A stretch of 30,702 bases of DNA, taken from Oscillospiraceae bacterium. GTDB lineage: Bacteria > Bacillota > Clostridia > Oscillospirales > Oscillospiraceae. The notes beneath the pieces are model-generated. The model ran no database searches. It was not told where the DNA came from and saw only the letters and a program-made list of their open reading frames with translations. Shown piece after piece: positions 8,108 through 16,388 of the stretch (position 1 is its first letter; every line of letters starts with the position of its first letter). The translations under genes were made by a program, and so were the position numbers. The stretch covers positions 1 through 30,702 of the forward strand of contig CACXBO010000147.1 in the NCBI GenBank assembly GCA_902765975.1, written 5' to 3'.

Positions 8108-8737
8108 TCAAAAGCCCAAATTATCGTTGACAAGGATCACGCTGATCCTGTCCTTATGCCTTGAGAACCGGGTTATGAGGAACTGGCAGCAGATGGTATC
8201 CGGAGACTTGCAGTTCATACAGGAGCCGGTCCTTGCGCATGGAGTTGAAAGACCGAAGCGCTGGGCGTTTATCGGGGCGGCGACGTTTCGAGCCCGCTTC
8301 ATCGCGCTGTCAATATCCGGGCATACCTTGTTCATACCCACGATAAACAGAACATGCTTTGGTCCCTGAGCTATAGCGGAGACCCTGTTTGCGTTGCCGT
8401 CGATATTGACGATGACGCCGTCCTCGGTTATTGCGTTTGCGCTTGCAATAAAATAGTCCGCGTCGTAAGCGGCGAGCATCGCAGCTCTCTTGTCCTCGTA
8501 AGCGTCTCTGTCGATGAAGCTGTAATCCGCGCTTTTTAGTGCAGCGGTAAGCCCTATCTCGTGCGCGCTCATGCAGCCGCCCATAGTTACGGAGCTGCCG
8601 GTCGGGATAAGCTCGAGGGCGAGCTTCAGCGCCTCGGCTCTGTTTGCGGCGTAATAACCCTTCATATTCCTCGATTCAAGCCCCTTGATAACCTTCCCAG
8701 CAAGAAGCCCGTTGCGTTTCATTATAATATCGTTCAT
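8108..8737 (-). CDS. LUD-domain (LutC/YkgG-like) 'lactate utilization' family protein
   Basis: ASANAITEDGVIVNIDGNANRVSAIAQGP and IVGMNKV fit the clostridial LUD family; Cys-rich C-terminus PCARTGSCMNCKSPDTICC; GGAGGG SD. Confidence 0.75.
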   Translation of the reverse strand: MNDIIMKRNGLLAGKVIKGLESRNMKGYYAANRAEALKLALELIPTGSSVTMGGCMSAHEIGLTAALKSADYSFIDRDAYEDKRAAMLAAYDADYFIASANAITEDGVIVNIDGNANRVSAIAQGPKHVLFIVGMNKVCPDIDSAMKRARNVAAPINAQRFGLSTPCARTGSCMNCKSPDTICCQFLITRFSRHKDRISVILVNDNLGF

Positions 8738-8760
8738 TTTCTTTTCCCTCCTTTAAGCAG

Positions 8761-8789
8761 ATTATACCAAATTGATAAGCTCAAGGCAA
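8761..8789 (-). promoter_or_regulatory. Sigma-A promoter of the LUD gene
   Basis: Minus strand TTGCCT-17 nt-TATAAT with a TG extension. Confidence 0.65.
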
Positions 8790-8790
8790 C

Positions 8791-8819
8791 AAAAAACGCG
8801 GAGCAAAAGCTGCTCCGCG
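8791..8819 (-). terminator. Intrinsic terminator of the lipoprotein gene
   Basis: 9-bp stem CGCGGAGCA/TGCTCCGCG followed by T6 on the minus strand. Confidence 0.8.
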
Positions 8820-8836
8820 CCTGTGTTAGGTGCATA

Positions 8837-9220
8837 TTACTTCTCGTAGACGTACTCGCAGGTCCAGATGTCCTCCGGATCGCCGTTGAAGATATCAAGA
8901 ACGCCGTCCTTAAGGGTGCCGGTATACTTAATCTCCATGCCGAGGAAGGTCTCGGTCATAGCGAAGTCCTCGCCGTCGAGAGTCCAGGTAACGTTGAGGT
9001 CGAGGCCGTCGCGGGTGCTTACGCCTTTGCCGCCTGCCTTGAGCTCGAGGGAGAACTCATCGCTTGTGTTCTTCTCTTCATCGCCGACGTACTTGGTGTA
9101 CTTGCCTTCCCACTTGCCGACAGCAGGGCTGGAAGCTCCGCCTCCGCCGCAGGCGGCGAGAAGACCTGCAAATAGCGCGATGCAAAGTACTATGCCTATG
9201 TATCTTGCCATCTTTTTCAT
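8837..9220 (-). CDS. Small lipoprotein of unknown function (predicted all-beta, lipocalin-like)
   Basis: MKK start, hydrophobic core, LAAC lipobox, Gly/Ser linker, then VGKWEG and alternating beta-strand patterns; AGGAGG SD. Confidence 0.8.
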   Translation of the reverse strand: MKKMARYIGIVLCIALFAGLLAACGGGGASSPAVGKWEGKYTKYVGDEEKNTSDEFSLELKAGGKGVSTRDGLDLNVTWTLDGEDFAMTETFLGMEIKYTGTLKDGVLDIFNGDPEDIWTCEYVYEK

Positions 9221-9266
9221 TTTTCAGTTCCTCCTGATTATTATACTGAGCCAATGCTCAAACACA

Positions 9267-9295
9267 AGTTTACCATTCTGTGCAGTATTTGTCAA
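9267..9295 (-). promoter_or_regulatory. Putative sigma-A promoter of the lipoprotein gene
   Basis: Minus strand TTGACA (9295-9290)-17 nt-TAAACT (9272-9267) with a TG extension. Confidence 0.6.
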
Positions 9296-9298
9296 GCA

Positions 9299-10114
9299 TC
9301 AGGCATAGCTGTGTACTCCGGGCAGGAGCGTGTTTACGCCAACATAGGTAAACATAACGCAGATGAAGCCGATCACGGCAAAGATGGCGGCTGATCTGCC
9401 GCGCCAGCCGCGGCGTATTCTGAGGTGGAGATATACCGCGTAAACTATCCACGTTACGAGAGACCACGTCTCCTTGGGGTCCCACGACCAGTAGCTGCCC
9501 CAAGCACGCTCAGCCCAGATAGCTCCGGTTATCATCGTGAACGTCAAAAACAGCATACCGAGAGCTGCGCTTCTGTAGCTTATCAGATCGAGCTTTTCCT
9601 TATTTGGTATATGCTGATCGAGAAAGCCCCTGTCCTTCAGCTTATCGCGCAAAAGGAAGATTATACCGAGCACAAAGGAAACGCCGAAGGAGCCGTAGGC
9701 GATTATCGCCGTTGAGACGTGTACTCCGAGCCAGCCTGACTTAAGCGCGGGCATCAGCGAGTGTATCGTTTTCGACTGCATCGCCGCATAGCCTATTATC
9801 AGAAAGGTTACGGGAGCAGCAAACGCGCCGAGAACGGGAAATTTGAATTTGACAATGAAGAGAAGGCTCACGAGCGACAAGCCCCACGCGAATGCGGAGG
9901 CGAACTCATACTGATTCGTAAGCGGAAGTCTTCCCGCGGCTATTCCACGTACGACTATCGCCGCAGTATGTATGAAAAGCCCGGCTATATGAACCGTTAC
10001 GGCGACCTTGGAAACAGCGTCCTTCTTCGCAGCTATGAATACGAAATAGATGAGCATCGCCGCAAGGTACATTATCAGTGTGATCGTAAACAGAACGTTC
10101 TCCAAATGAATCAT
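9299..10114 (-). CDS. ccsA: System II cytochrome c biogenesis protein CcsA/ResC
   Basis: GRLPLTNQYE, conserved His in VHVSTA, WWD domain WAERAWGSYWSWDPKETW and YLHLR; multiple TM segments. Confidence 0.95.
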   Translation of the reverse strand: MIHLENVLFTITLIMYLAAMLIYFVFIAAKKDAVSKVAVTVHIAGLFIHTAAIVVRGIAAGRLPLTNQYEFASAFAWGLSLVSLLFIVKFKFPVLGAFAAPVTFLIIGYAAMQSKTIHSLMPALKSGWLGVHVSTAIIAYGSFGVSFVLGIIFLLRDKLKDRGFLDQHIPNKEKLDLISYRSAALGMLFLTFTMITGAIWAERAWGSYWSWDPKETWSLVTWIVYAVYLHLRIRRGWRGRSAAIFAVIGFICVMFTYVGVNTLLPGVHSYA

Positions 10115-11379
10115 GCCTCTTTCCTCCCTGCCGCATTCAAAAATCGCTCCTTAAACAGTTTTCCGCCCTTGCGGCATGAGGCGGATACCGTCCAGCCCGC
10201 ATCTTCCCTGACGCCCCATAGCTTCTGCGGCTGGAGATAGAAGGCGAGGAATAGTCCAATAAGCGTTACAACGCCGCCGGCAAGGGCTATAGGAGCAAAA
10301 AAGTCACGCTTTATCTGTATGAGAGTGTAGCTCTGCGGCTCTGAGAAGGCGACAGTATACTCGTCTATCGTCACCACTTCTCCGTCTTTGAGCACGTTCA
10401 TGCCGAGAAGCTCACCGTTGTAGTATACCGAATAAAGGTAGCCCGGATTATTAAGCTGACCTGACGCCGTGCTTGGACCGACGCCGGAGACCATAACGAG
10501 GTCCGGATAGAATGCGTTGAAGTACACTATGAGCTCTGGCTTATCCTTTATTGGCAGAAGCTCTCCGGCGCAGACTACCGCAGAGTCGAGAGGCAAGCCG
10601 TCCTTCAATACGCTCACCTTTGCCGCCCAGCCTGTCGAGTTCTGATAAAAGCGCATTCCGAAAAGATCGGCAGGGTTATTAACGCTCACTGACGCGGTTT
10701 CGCTCGCCCCGCTTTTCAGGTCGGTCACGGTTATCTTCGACTCATACTGCTCCACCGTGTCGTCCTCACGCAATCCGATACTGAAATCGTCTATTGTAAG
10801 CGCAAGTCCTGTGTCTCCGACAGCCCTGGTCTGACCGGGGACACCATAGGCTGTGAACTCCCCGTGCGTCATCTGACCGAGGGAAAATCCGACGATCAGA
10901 AGCAGTATACCGATATGGCAGACGAATGCGCCCCATATTCCCGCCCGGTTCTTAGCGGCGAAAAGGGTCTCTCTGCCCTCTCCGTCCTCTCCCCGTACTA
11001 TTGTCCGCATCCCGAGCTTGACGAACAGCTTTTCCGGGTCGTCTATTCCCTCTGCCTGGGCATCGGGCATTTCCGACGGAAGCTTATGGGCCTTCGTCCT
11101 TTTTATAAGCCCCGGAAGCTGCTGCAGAGTGCAGAGCATTAGATTTAGGCACAAAAAACCGTTTATTGCGATAAACCACGCGCTATGGAATGCGTCGTCA
11201 AGCCTTAATGCTATTATCAGCGCAGCCGTTCGCTCAGAATACCTCTGTGCATACCACTCGTAGCTCTGACCCTGGGTAACGAGGCTTGCAATCGAGCAGG
11301 CTATCGCCAGGACGACCAGAAGAACGATGGCAAATCTCATTGAAATGAGAAATCTCCATATTTTATGAACTGTTTTCAT
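10111..11379 (-). CDS. resB: System II cytochrome c biogenesis protein CcsB/ResB
   Basis: FLISMRFAIVLLVVLAIACSIAS, DAFHSAWF, conserved His in FVCHIGILL, large extracytoplasmic domain with SVNNP and FYQ, C-terminal TM; ATGA overlap with ccsA. Start is ATG 11379 or TTG 11394. Confidence 0.9.
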   Translation of the reverse strand: MKTVHKIWRFLISMRFAIVLLVVLAIACSIASLVTQGQSYEWYAQRYSERTAALIIALRLDDAFHSAWFIAINGFLCLNLMLCTLQQLPGLIKRTKAHKLPSEMPDAQAEGIDDPEKLFVKLGMRTIVRGEDGEGRETLFAAKNRAGIWGAFVCHIGILLLIVGFSLGQMTHGEFTAYGVPGQTRAVGDTGLALTIDDFSIGLREDDTVEQYESKITVTDLKSGASETASVSVNNPADLFGMRFYQNSTGWAAKVSVLKDGLPLDSAVVCAGELLPIKDKPELIVYFNAFYPDLVMVSGVGPSTASGQLNNPGYLYSVYYNGELLGMNVLKDGEVVTIDEYTVAFSEPQSYTLIQIKRDFFAPIALAGGVVTLIGLFLAFYLQPQKLWGVREDAGWTVSASCRKGGKLFKERFLNAAGRKEA

Positions 11380-11397
11380 ACCATGCCTCTTCAAACG

Positions 11398-11423
11398 GGG
11401 CGCGACCTTCGGCCGCGCCCTTG
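11398..11423 (-). other. GC-rich intergenic stem-loop between nrfA and resB
   Basis: Minus strand GGGCGCGGCC-GAA-GGTCGCGCCC is a 10-bp stem with one G-U pair; only a weak T-tract (CGTTTG) follows. Confidence 0.6.
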
Positions 11424-11440
11424 CGTGTTTATTCTTCAGC

Positions 11441-12745
11441 TCATTTATTCAAAAGCGCCATGGCCTCATCGATTTTCGCCTCGGCCGTGTCAAGGCAGCG
11501 GAAGGCAAGCTCTGAGTTATGCGCTCCCTCCGCGTTCTCAACATAGCAGAAGTCGAAGAACCACTGGGCCTCGCGGTGCAGCTTTCTCACAGCGTCGAGC
11601 TCCTCCTCGGTCATTTTTCCCGCCTCGACGGCTGCCGTCAGAGCGTCCTTGAGATCGGAGAGCCTGTTTCCGACCTCCGTCTCTCTCGCAGTAACTCTGT
11701 CCTGAAGCCTGTGAACATACGTAACCATATCTGTATCCTTATGGCACTGAGCGCAGCTCTGAAGCAGGGTCTCGTTCTCAAGCGGGCTTACGAGAAGGTG
11801 GCTGTGATATACCGTGCCGTTCTCCGACATCTCCATAGGCATATGGCAGTCGGCGCAGTTGAGAAGCGAGGCGTGCTTTCCGGTCGAGAAGGTCTCAAAT
11901 TCCGGGTGCTGAGCCTTCAGCATCGGAGTTCCCGTTCCCGGCTGTATCCAGTCGTAAAAACCGACGCCACCGTCCTTGTTGCCGATAGAATCGTAGTATT
12001 CGAGAATTGCCTCGGGAGTCATCGTCTCGAGCCCGGAATACGGCATCATCGTCTCGGCGTTCTCTACAGTGAAGTAGTATTCTATATGGCACTGGGCGCA
12101 TGAGACCGTCGCCGGATCAAAGGAGCTTACGTTCTCTCCGAGAGCCTTGTTGACGTAGGAGTGAGTTACAACGAGTCTGCCTCTGTCTCCCGCCTCGTTT
12201 CCGTGGCAGGTGTAGCAGCTCACGTTCTCCTCCATAAGCGCCATAGCCTCGTCGAAGGGTATCTTATACGCGCTTACGCCCTGATCGTTGACGAGCTTTG
12301 CGAAGTTCGGAGTCTTGCAGGTAAGGCAGTTGGCGTTAGGATGCGGACGGGCGGTTGCAGCGACGTCCTCCAATGTGTACTCGTGACCCCTCGCGCTGCC
12401 GTAGTCCTTGGCGAAACCGTAGCCCTCGTAAATATTTACAAGATACGGATCCGCTTCGAGGTACGAGGTAACGTAGCTGTTTTTAGAGTTGTCGCCCATC
12501 GTGGCGACTATCTCCGGGTAGAGCGCAGCCCAGTCGGAGGCGTTAACCGTTCCGTCGCCGCTCGTTGCGGTCGGTGCGGCGACGCTCAGATAAGTTATGT
12601 CGTCGCGGGTAAGCGGTCCTATCCTGTCGCGGTTTTCAAGGTGATACATAAGGTCGCCGCCTATGAAGCCGCCTAAAAGAATGACGGCAGCGATTACGAG
12701 AGCGGCGGCTAAAGCGATCTTGAGACCGATATGTCTTTTTTCCAT
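11441..12745 (-). CDS. nrfA: Pentaheme ammonia-forming cytochrome c nitrite reductase NrfA (c552)
   Basis: Lys-ligated CLTCK motif (12314-12328) followed by four CxxCH motifs (CYTCH, CAQCH, CADCH, CAQCH); RGHxY...D...R segment, CHIEYYF, KAQHPEFE and ENAEGAHN; N-terminal hydrophobic helix. Confidence 0.95.
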   Translation of the reverse strand: MEKRHIGLKIALAAALVIAAVILLGGFIGGDLMYHLENRDRIGPLTRDDITYLSVAAPTATSGDGTVNASDWAALYPEIVATMGDNSKNSYVTSYLEADPYLVNIYEGYGFAKDYGSARGHEYTLEDVAATARPHPNANCLTCKTPNFAKLVNDQGVSAYKIPFDEAMALMEENVSCYTCHGNEAGDRGRLVVTHSYVNKALGENVSSFDPATVSCAQCHIEYYFTVENAETMMPYSGLETMTPEAILEYYDSIGNKDGGVGFYDWIQPGTGTPMLKAQHPEFETFSTGKHASLLNCADCHMPMEMSENGTVYHSHLLVSPLENETLLQSCAQCHKDTDMVTYVHRLQDRVTARETEVGNRLSDLKDALTAAVEAGKMTEEELDAVRKLHREAQWFFDFCYVENAEGAHNSELAFRCLDTAEAKIDEAMALLNK

Positions 12746-12754
12746 CTCTCAACC

Positions 12755-13558
12755 TCACCTTTCTGCATTCCTCGGCGGAGTGATCACCTTTGCCGGGCAT
12801 TTCTCGGCGCATTTTCCGCACTGTACGCATTTTTCATAGTCTATATGCGCAAGATTGTTTTCAACTGCGACAGCTCCCGATTCACATTGCTTAACGCATA
12901 AGGCGCAGCCAATGCAGCCGGCAGAACAGACCTTTCTGACGGTCGGACCCTTGTCCCTGTTAGAGCACTGAACGGAAACTCTCTTCGATTCAGGCACGAG
13001 CTCGATGAGACCGCGAGGACACGCCTTTGCGCAGAGCCCGCAGCCTATGCACTTTCTTCTGTCGACGGAGGCGACGCCGCCTTTGACCTTGATCGCACCG
13101 GCGGGACATACCGACGAACATGTTCCGAAGCCAAGGCAGCCGTAGTCGCAGTCTGTGACGCTTATGCCGCTGAGTACGGCGCTGCGGCAGTCTCTTATGC
13201 CGATATAGTTGCCCTGGTTATGCGTCACCTCGCAGCTTCCCTTGCAGCGGACGAAGGCTACCCTTCGCTCCGAGGCTTCGGCGGTCACGCCCATGACCTC
13301 GCCAATCTTCGCGGCGACCGGTCCGCCGCCTACCGGGCAGCCGTTCACCGGGGCTTCGCCATTCACTATGGCGGCAGCCATTGCGTCGCAGCCGGCAAAG
13401 CCGCACGCGCCGCAGTTATTGCCCGGCAGGCATTCTCTCACCGCCGCCTCTCGAGCATCGGTCTCGACCTTGAATTTATTATCCGTGAAAACGAGACCTG
13501 CTCCAACGAGAAGTCCTATCAGCGTTATTACGAGAGTTGTAATTAAGATTATTGACAT
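12755..13558 (-). CDS. rnfB: Rnf complex subunit B (polyferredoxin)
   Basis: N-terminal TM, LPGNNCGACGFAGC...CPVG FeS motif and several CxxCxxCxxxCP-type clusters; GAGGAGG SD supports ATG 13558. Confidence 0.95.
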   Translation of the reverse strand: MSIILITTLVITLIGLLVGAGLVFTDNKFKVETDAREAAVRECLPGNNCGACGFAGCDAMAAAIVNGEAPVNGCPVGGGPVAAKIGEVMGVTAEASERRVAFVRCKGSCEVTHNQGNYIGIRDCRSAVLSGISVTDCDYGCLGFGTCSSVCPAGAIKVKGGVASVDRRKCIGCGLCAKACPRGLIELVPESKRVSVQCSNRDKGPTVRKVCSAGCIGCALCVKQCESGAVAVENNLAHIDYEKCVQCGKCAEKCPAKVITPPRNAER

Positions 13559-13571
13559 ATCCGCCCTCCTC

Positions 13572-14150
13572 TCAGAAGCTGAGCCCGGCAAAGCCCATAA
13601 AGGCTATGCTCATAAGGGCGGCGGCGATAAGGACGATGGGCGCTCCGCGCAGAGGCGCGGGTATGTCCTCCTCCTTGATACGGGAACGGATGCTCGCAAG
13701 CAGCACGATAGCGATCGTATAGCCGAGAGCAGTCCCGAAACCGGAGAGTACGCATTCAATGAAGTTGTATCCGTTCTGCACGTTCGTCAGCGCAACGCCG
13801 AGAACGGCGCAGTTCGTGGTGATAAGCGGCAGATAGATACCGAGCGCCTTGTAGATCGCGGGCGACTTCTTTTTCAGGAACATCTCGACGATCTGAACAA
13901 GGGCGGCGATAACGAGGATGAAGATTATCGTCTTCATATAGTCGAGGCCGAGTGGCTTGAGCACGTTATCATAGAGTATGCTCGCTACCGCGGAGGCTAT
14001 GGTAATTACGAATATGACCGCAGCTCCGAGGCTTGCAGACGCCTTCATCTGCTTCGATACGCCGAGGAAGGAGCAGATTCCGAGGAACTGATTAAGCACC
14101 ACATTGTGGATAAGGGCGCTGCCGACTATGATGAGTATGAGGCTCGTCAT
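13572..14150 (-). CDS. rnfA: Rnf complex subunit A
   Basis: NVVLNQFLGICSFLGVS, LGIYLPLITTNCAVLG, PIVLIAAALMSIAFMGF. Confidence 0.95.
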   Translation of the reverse strand: MTSLILIIVGSALIHNVVLNQFLGICSFLGVSKQMKASASLGAAVIFVITIASAVASILYDNVLKPLGLDYMKTIIFILVIAALVQIVEMFLKKKSPAIYKALGIYLPLITTNCAVLGVALTNVQNGYNFIECVLSGFGTALGYTIAIVLLASIRSRIKEEDIPAPLRGAPIVLIAAALMSIAFMGFAGLSF

Positions 14151-14830
14151 TTCTTATCCACCTCCTCGGTTTCGCCGCAGGGCGCGGAGCAGGTTGCGCA
14201 TTCGCCGCCGCAGCCCTCCTCTACCAGCTTGCGCTGCCGTGTCTTAATGCCTATTGCGTTCATTATCGCGATGAACAGAGCGATAACGAGAAATGCTCCC
14301 GGAGGCTGAACAAAAATACCGATGGGCTCAACGCCCTCGGGCAGCACGTTGATTCCGAAAACGCTGCCGTTGCCGAGGAGCTCTCTGACGGCTCCCGCGA
14401 GAGTCAGAGCGACTGTGAAGCCGAGACCCATTCCGAGTCCGTCCATGACGGCGAGACCCGGAGTGTTCTTGTTGGCGTATGCCTCGGCTCTGCCGAGGAT
14501 GATGCAGTTTACGACGATGAGCGGGATGTAGATGCCCAGCGCCTCGTAAAGGGAGGGTATATACGCCTGTATCAGCAGCTCAGTCACGGTAACGAGCGAC
14601 GCCACGATAACGATGTAGGACGGAAGCCTAACCTGGTCTGGTATCAGCTTTCTGAGCGCGGAAATAACGAAGTTTGACAGGATGAGAACGGCAGTAGTTG
14701 AGAGACCCATACCTATTCCGTTCATCGCCCTCGTAGAAACGGCGAGGGTCGGGCACATTCCGAGCATCAGGACGAGAGTGGGATTTTCCTTTATTACGCC
14801 GTTGTAGAGGCGTTCAAAGTATTTGTTCAT
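14147..14830 (-). CDS. rnfE: Rnf complex subunit E
   Basis: ENPTLVLMLGMCPTLAV, LGIYIPLIVVNCIILGRAE, RELLGNG and PPGAF; Cys-rich tail. Confidence 0.95.
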   Translation of the reverse strand: MNKYFERLYNGVIKENPTLVLMLGMCPTLAVSTRAMNGIGMGLSTTAVLILSNFVISALRKLIPDQVRLPSYIVIVASLVTVTELLIQAYIPSLYEALGIYIPLIVVNCIILGRAEAYANKNTPGLAVMDGLGMGLGFTVALTLAGAVRELLGNGSVFGINVLPEGVEPIGIFVQPPGAFLVIALFIAIMNAIGIKTRQRKLVEEGCGGECATCSAPCGETEEVDKK

Positions 14831-14831
14831 C

Positions 14832-16388
14832 TCAGTTTCCTCCCTTCAGCACGTTAGCGTAGAAGTCGACGCCGGCATTTACTGCGTTTACGACCGCCTT
14901 GGAGGTTACGGTTGCGCCCGTGATCGCGTCTATCTCTCCGTCAGACGCGGCGCCGGATTTAACGAGGGTGAATTTTGAAACTTCCTTACCCTCGAACTGG
15001 GACATAAACTCCGGCTCGCCGCAGCGCATTCCCATACCCGGCGTCTCGTTCAGCTCGGTAAAGGCAATGCCGTTAACAACTCCGTCCGCGCTGATTCCCA
15101 CAGAGAGGGTGATGTTCCCGTCGTTGCCCTCGGCTGTGGTGACGCTTATAACGTAACCGACGACAGATCCGTCGGCTCCCCTTCCGACAACGGCGCCGTT
15201 TATATAGACCTTGCCGAAGCCTGAGCCGTAAACTCCGCCGTCAAGCTCCTCGATGAAGCTCTTCGCAGCCTCGCTCGGCTCGAAGCTCACCGCGTCCGGG
15301 CATACCGCCTTGTACGATTCGGTATTCGCCGCGAGCTTCTGCTCCTCTATCGTGTCCTTAGTAAGCGTGAAGACTCCGCTGAGCGCGGCTCCCGCCAAAA
15401 GGGTTATGATTCCGATAGCAACAACTGGCTTGGGAATTCGGAATTTTCTTCTCTCCCTGTTCTGCGCGCCCTTTCTGTAGGCAAAGGGCTTGGGAATGAT
15501 ATACGTGTCTATGAGCGGGACGAGAAGGTTTCCGATTATTATCGAATAGCTGAAGGAATCGGCAGACGAGCCGAAAATGCGGAACAGAGCGCCGAGGACT
15601 CCGATCGTAAGTCCGTAGATAAGCTGTCCGAGCCGGCTCACAGGGCTGGTAACGTAATCCGTCGCCATAAAGAAGGCGCCCATTATTACTCCGCCGCCGC
15701 AGAGATTCGCTGCAAGGAACCGCGGGTCAAAGCCCTGCCCGCCGAAGAGCCCGATAAGCAGCGTGAAGCCGCCGATAACGGAGAAACATATCTCACCGTG
15801 GATGATGTCCATAGCCCAGAGGACGAGACCGCCTGCGAGAAGCGCGATAGCCGAGCTTCCGATGACTCCGTTGGCCGTTCCGAGAAACATCTCTGTGATA
15901 TTGACTGCTCTTCCCGCCATAAGGTCGCCGATAGGCGTTGCCGCCGTCACTCCGTCGACCGTGAACATAGTCATCGTCTTTCCGAAGGAGATAAGCAGGA
16001 AGCATCTGGCGGCAAGCGCCGGGTTTACAAAGTTTTTGCCGAGTCCGCCAAAGCAGCATTTGACTATGAAAATGGCGAATACGCTTCCTATCACGGGTAT
16101 GTAGAGCGGAACGCTCGGAGACAGGGTTAGCGCAAGCATAAGTCCCGTAACTACCGCGCTTCCGTCGAGCCAGGTGTCGGGCTTATGCGCAATCTTATCG
16201 AAAATGAACTCGGTCAGAACTGCCGTTCCTACGGAGGCGAGGATCACCCAGAAAGCTCTCAGTCCGTATGCTAAAACGCCGATGACCGCAGTCGGAAGTA
16301 GGGCGAGAGCGACGACGCCCATTATAAATCTCGTCGTCCACCTGTCTCTTGCGTGAGGCGCGGGAGAAATATTAAGCGTTGTGTTCAT
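14832..16388 (-). CDS. rnfD: Fused Rnf subunit D (N-terminal ~310 aa) and subunit G (C-terminal ~200 aa)
   Basis: RnfD motifs SPAPH, DGSAVVTGL, FGGLGKNFVNPALAAR, DGVTAATP (FMN-Thr), FFMATDYVTSP; then a TM helix and an FMN_bind domain ETPGMG...IDAITGATVTSKAV (RnfG FMN-Thr) in one frame. Confidence 0.93.
   Translation of the reverse strand: MNTTLNISPAPHARDRWTTRFIMGVVALALLPTAVIGVLAYGLRAFWVILASVGTAVLTEFIFDKIAHKPDTWLDGSAVVTGLMLALTLSPSVPLYIPVIGSVFAIFIVKCCFGGLGKNFVNPALAARCFLLISFGKTMTMFTVDGVTAATPIGDLMAGRAVNITEMFLGTANGVIGSSAIALLAGGLVLWAMDIIHGEICFSVIGGFTLLIGLFGGQGFDPRFLAANLCGGGVIMGAFFMATDYVTSPVSRLGQLIYGLTIGVLGALFRIFGSSADSFSYSIIIGNLLVPLIDTYIIPKPFAYRKGAQNRERRKFRIPKPVVAIGIITLLAGAALSGVFTLTKDTIEEQKLAANTESYKAVCPDAVSFEPSEAAKSFIEELDGGVYGSGFGKVYINGAVVGRGADGSVVGYVISVTTAEGNDGNITLSVGISADGVVNGIAFTELNETPGMGMRCGEPEFMSQFEGKEVSKFTLVKSGAASDGEIDAITGATVTSKAVVNAVNAGVDFYANVLKGGN

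Noticed and set aside
13209-14309. 366-aa plus-strand ORF antisense to rnfB/rnfA/rnfE
   Set aside because: Spans three conserved genes on the opposite strand and has no domain signal.
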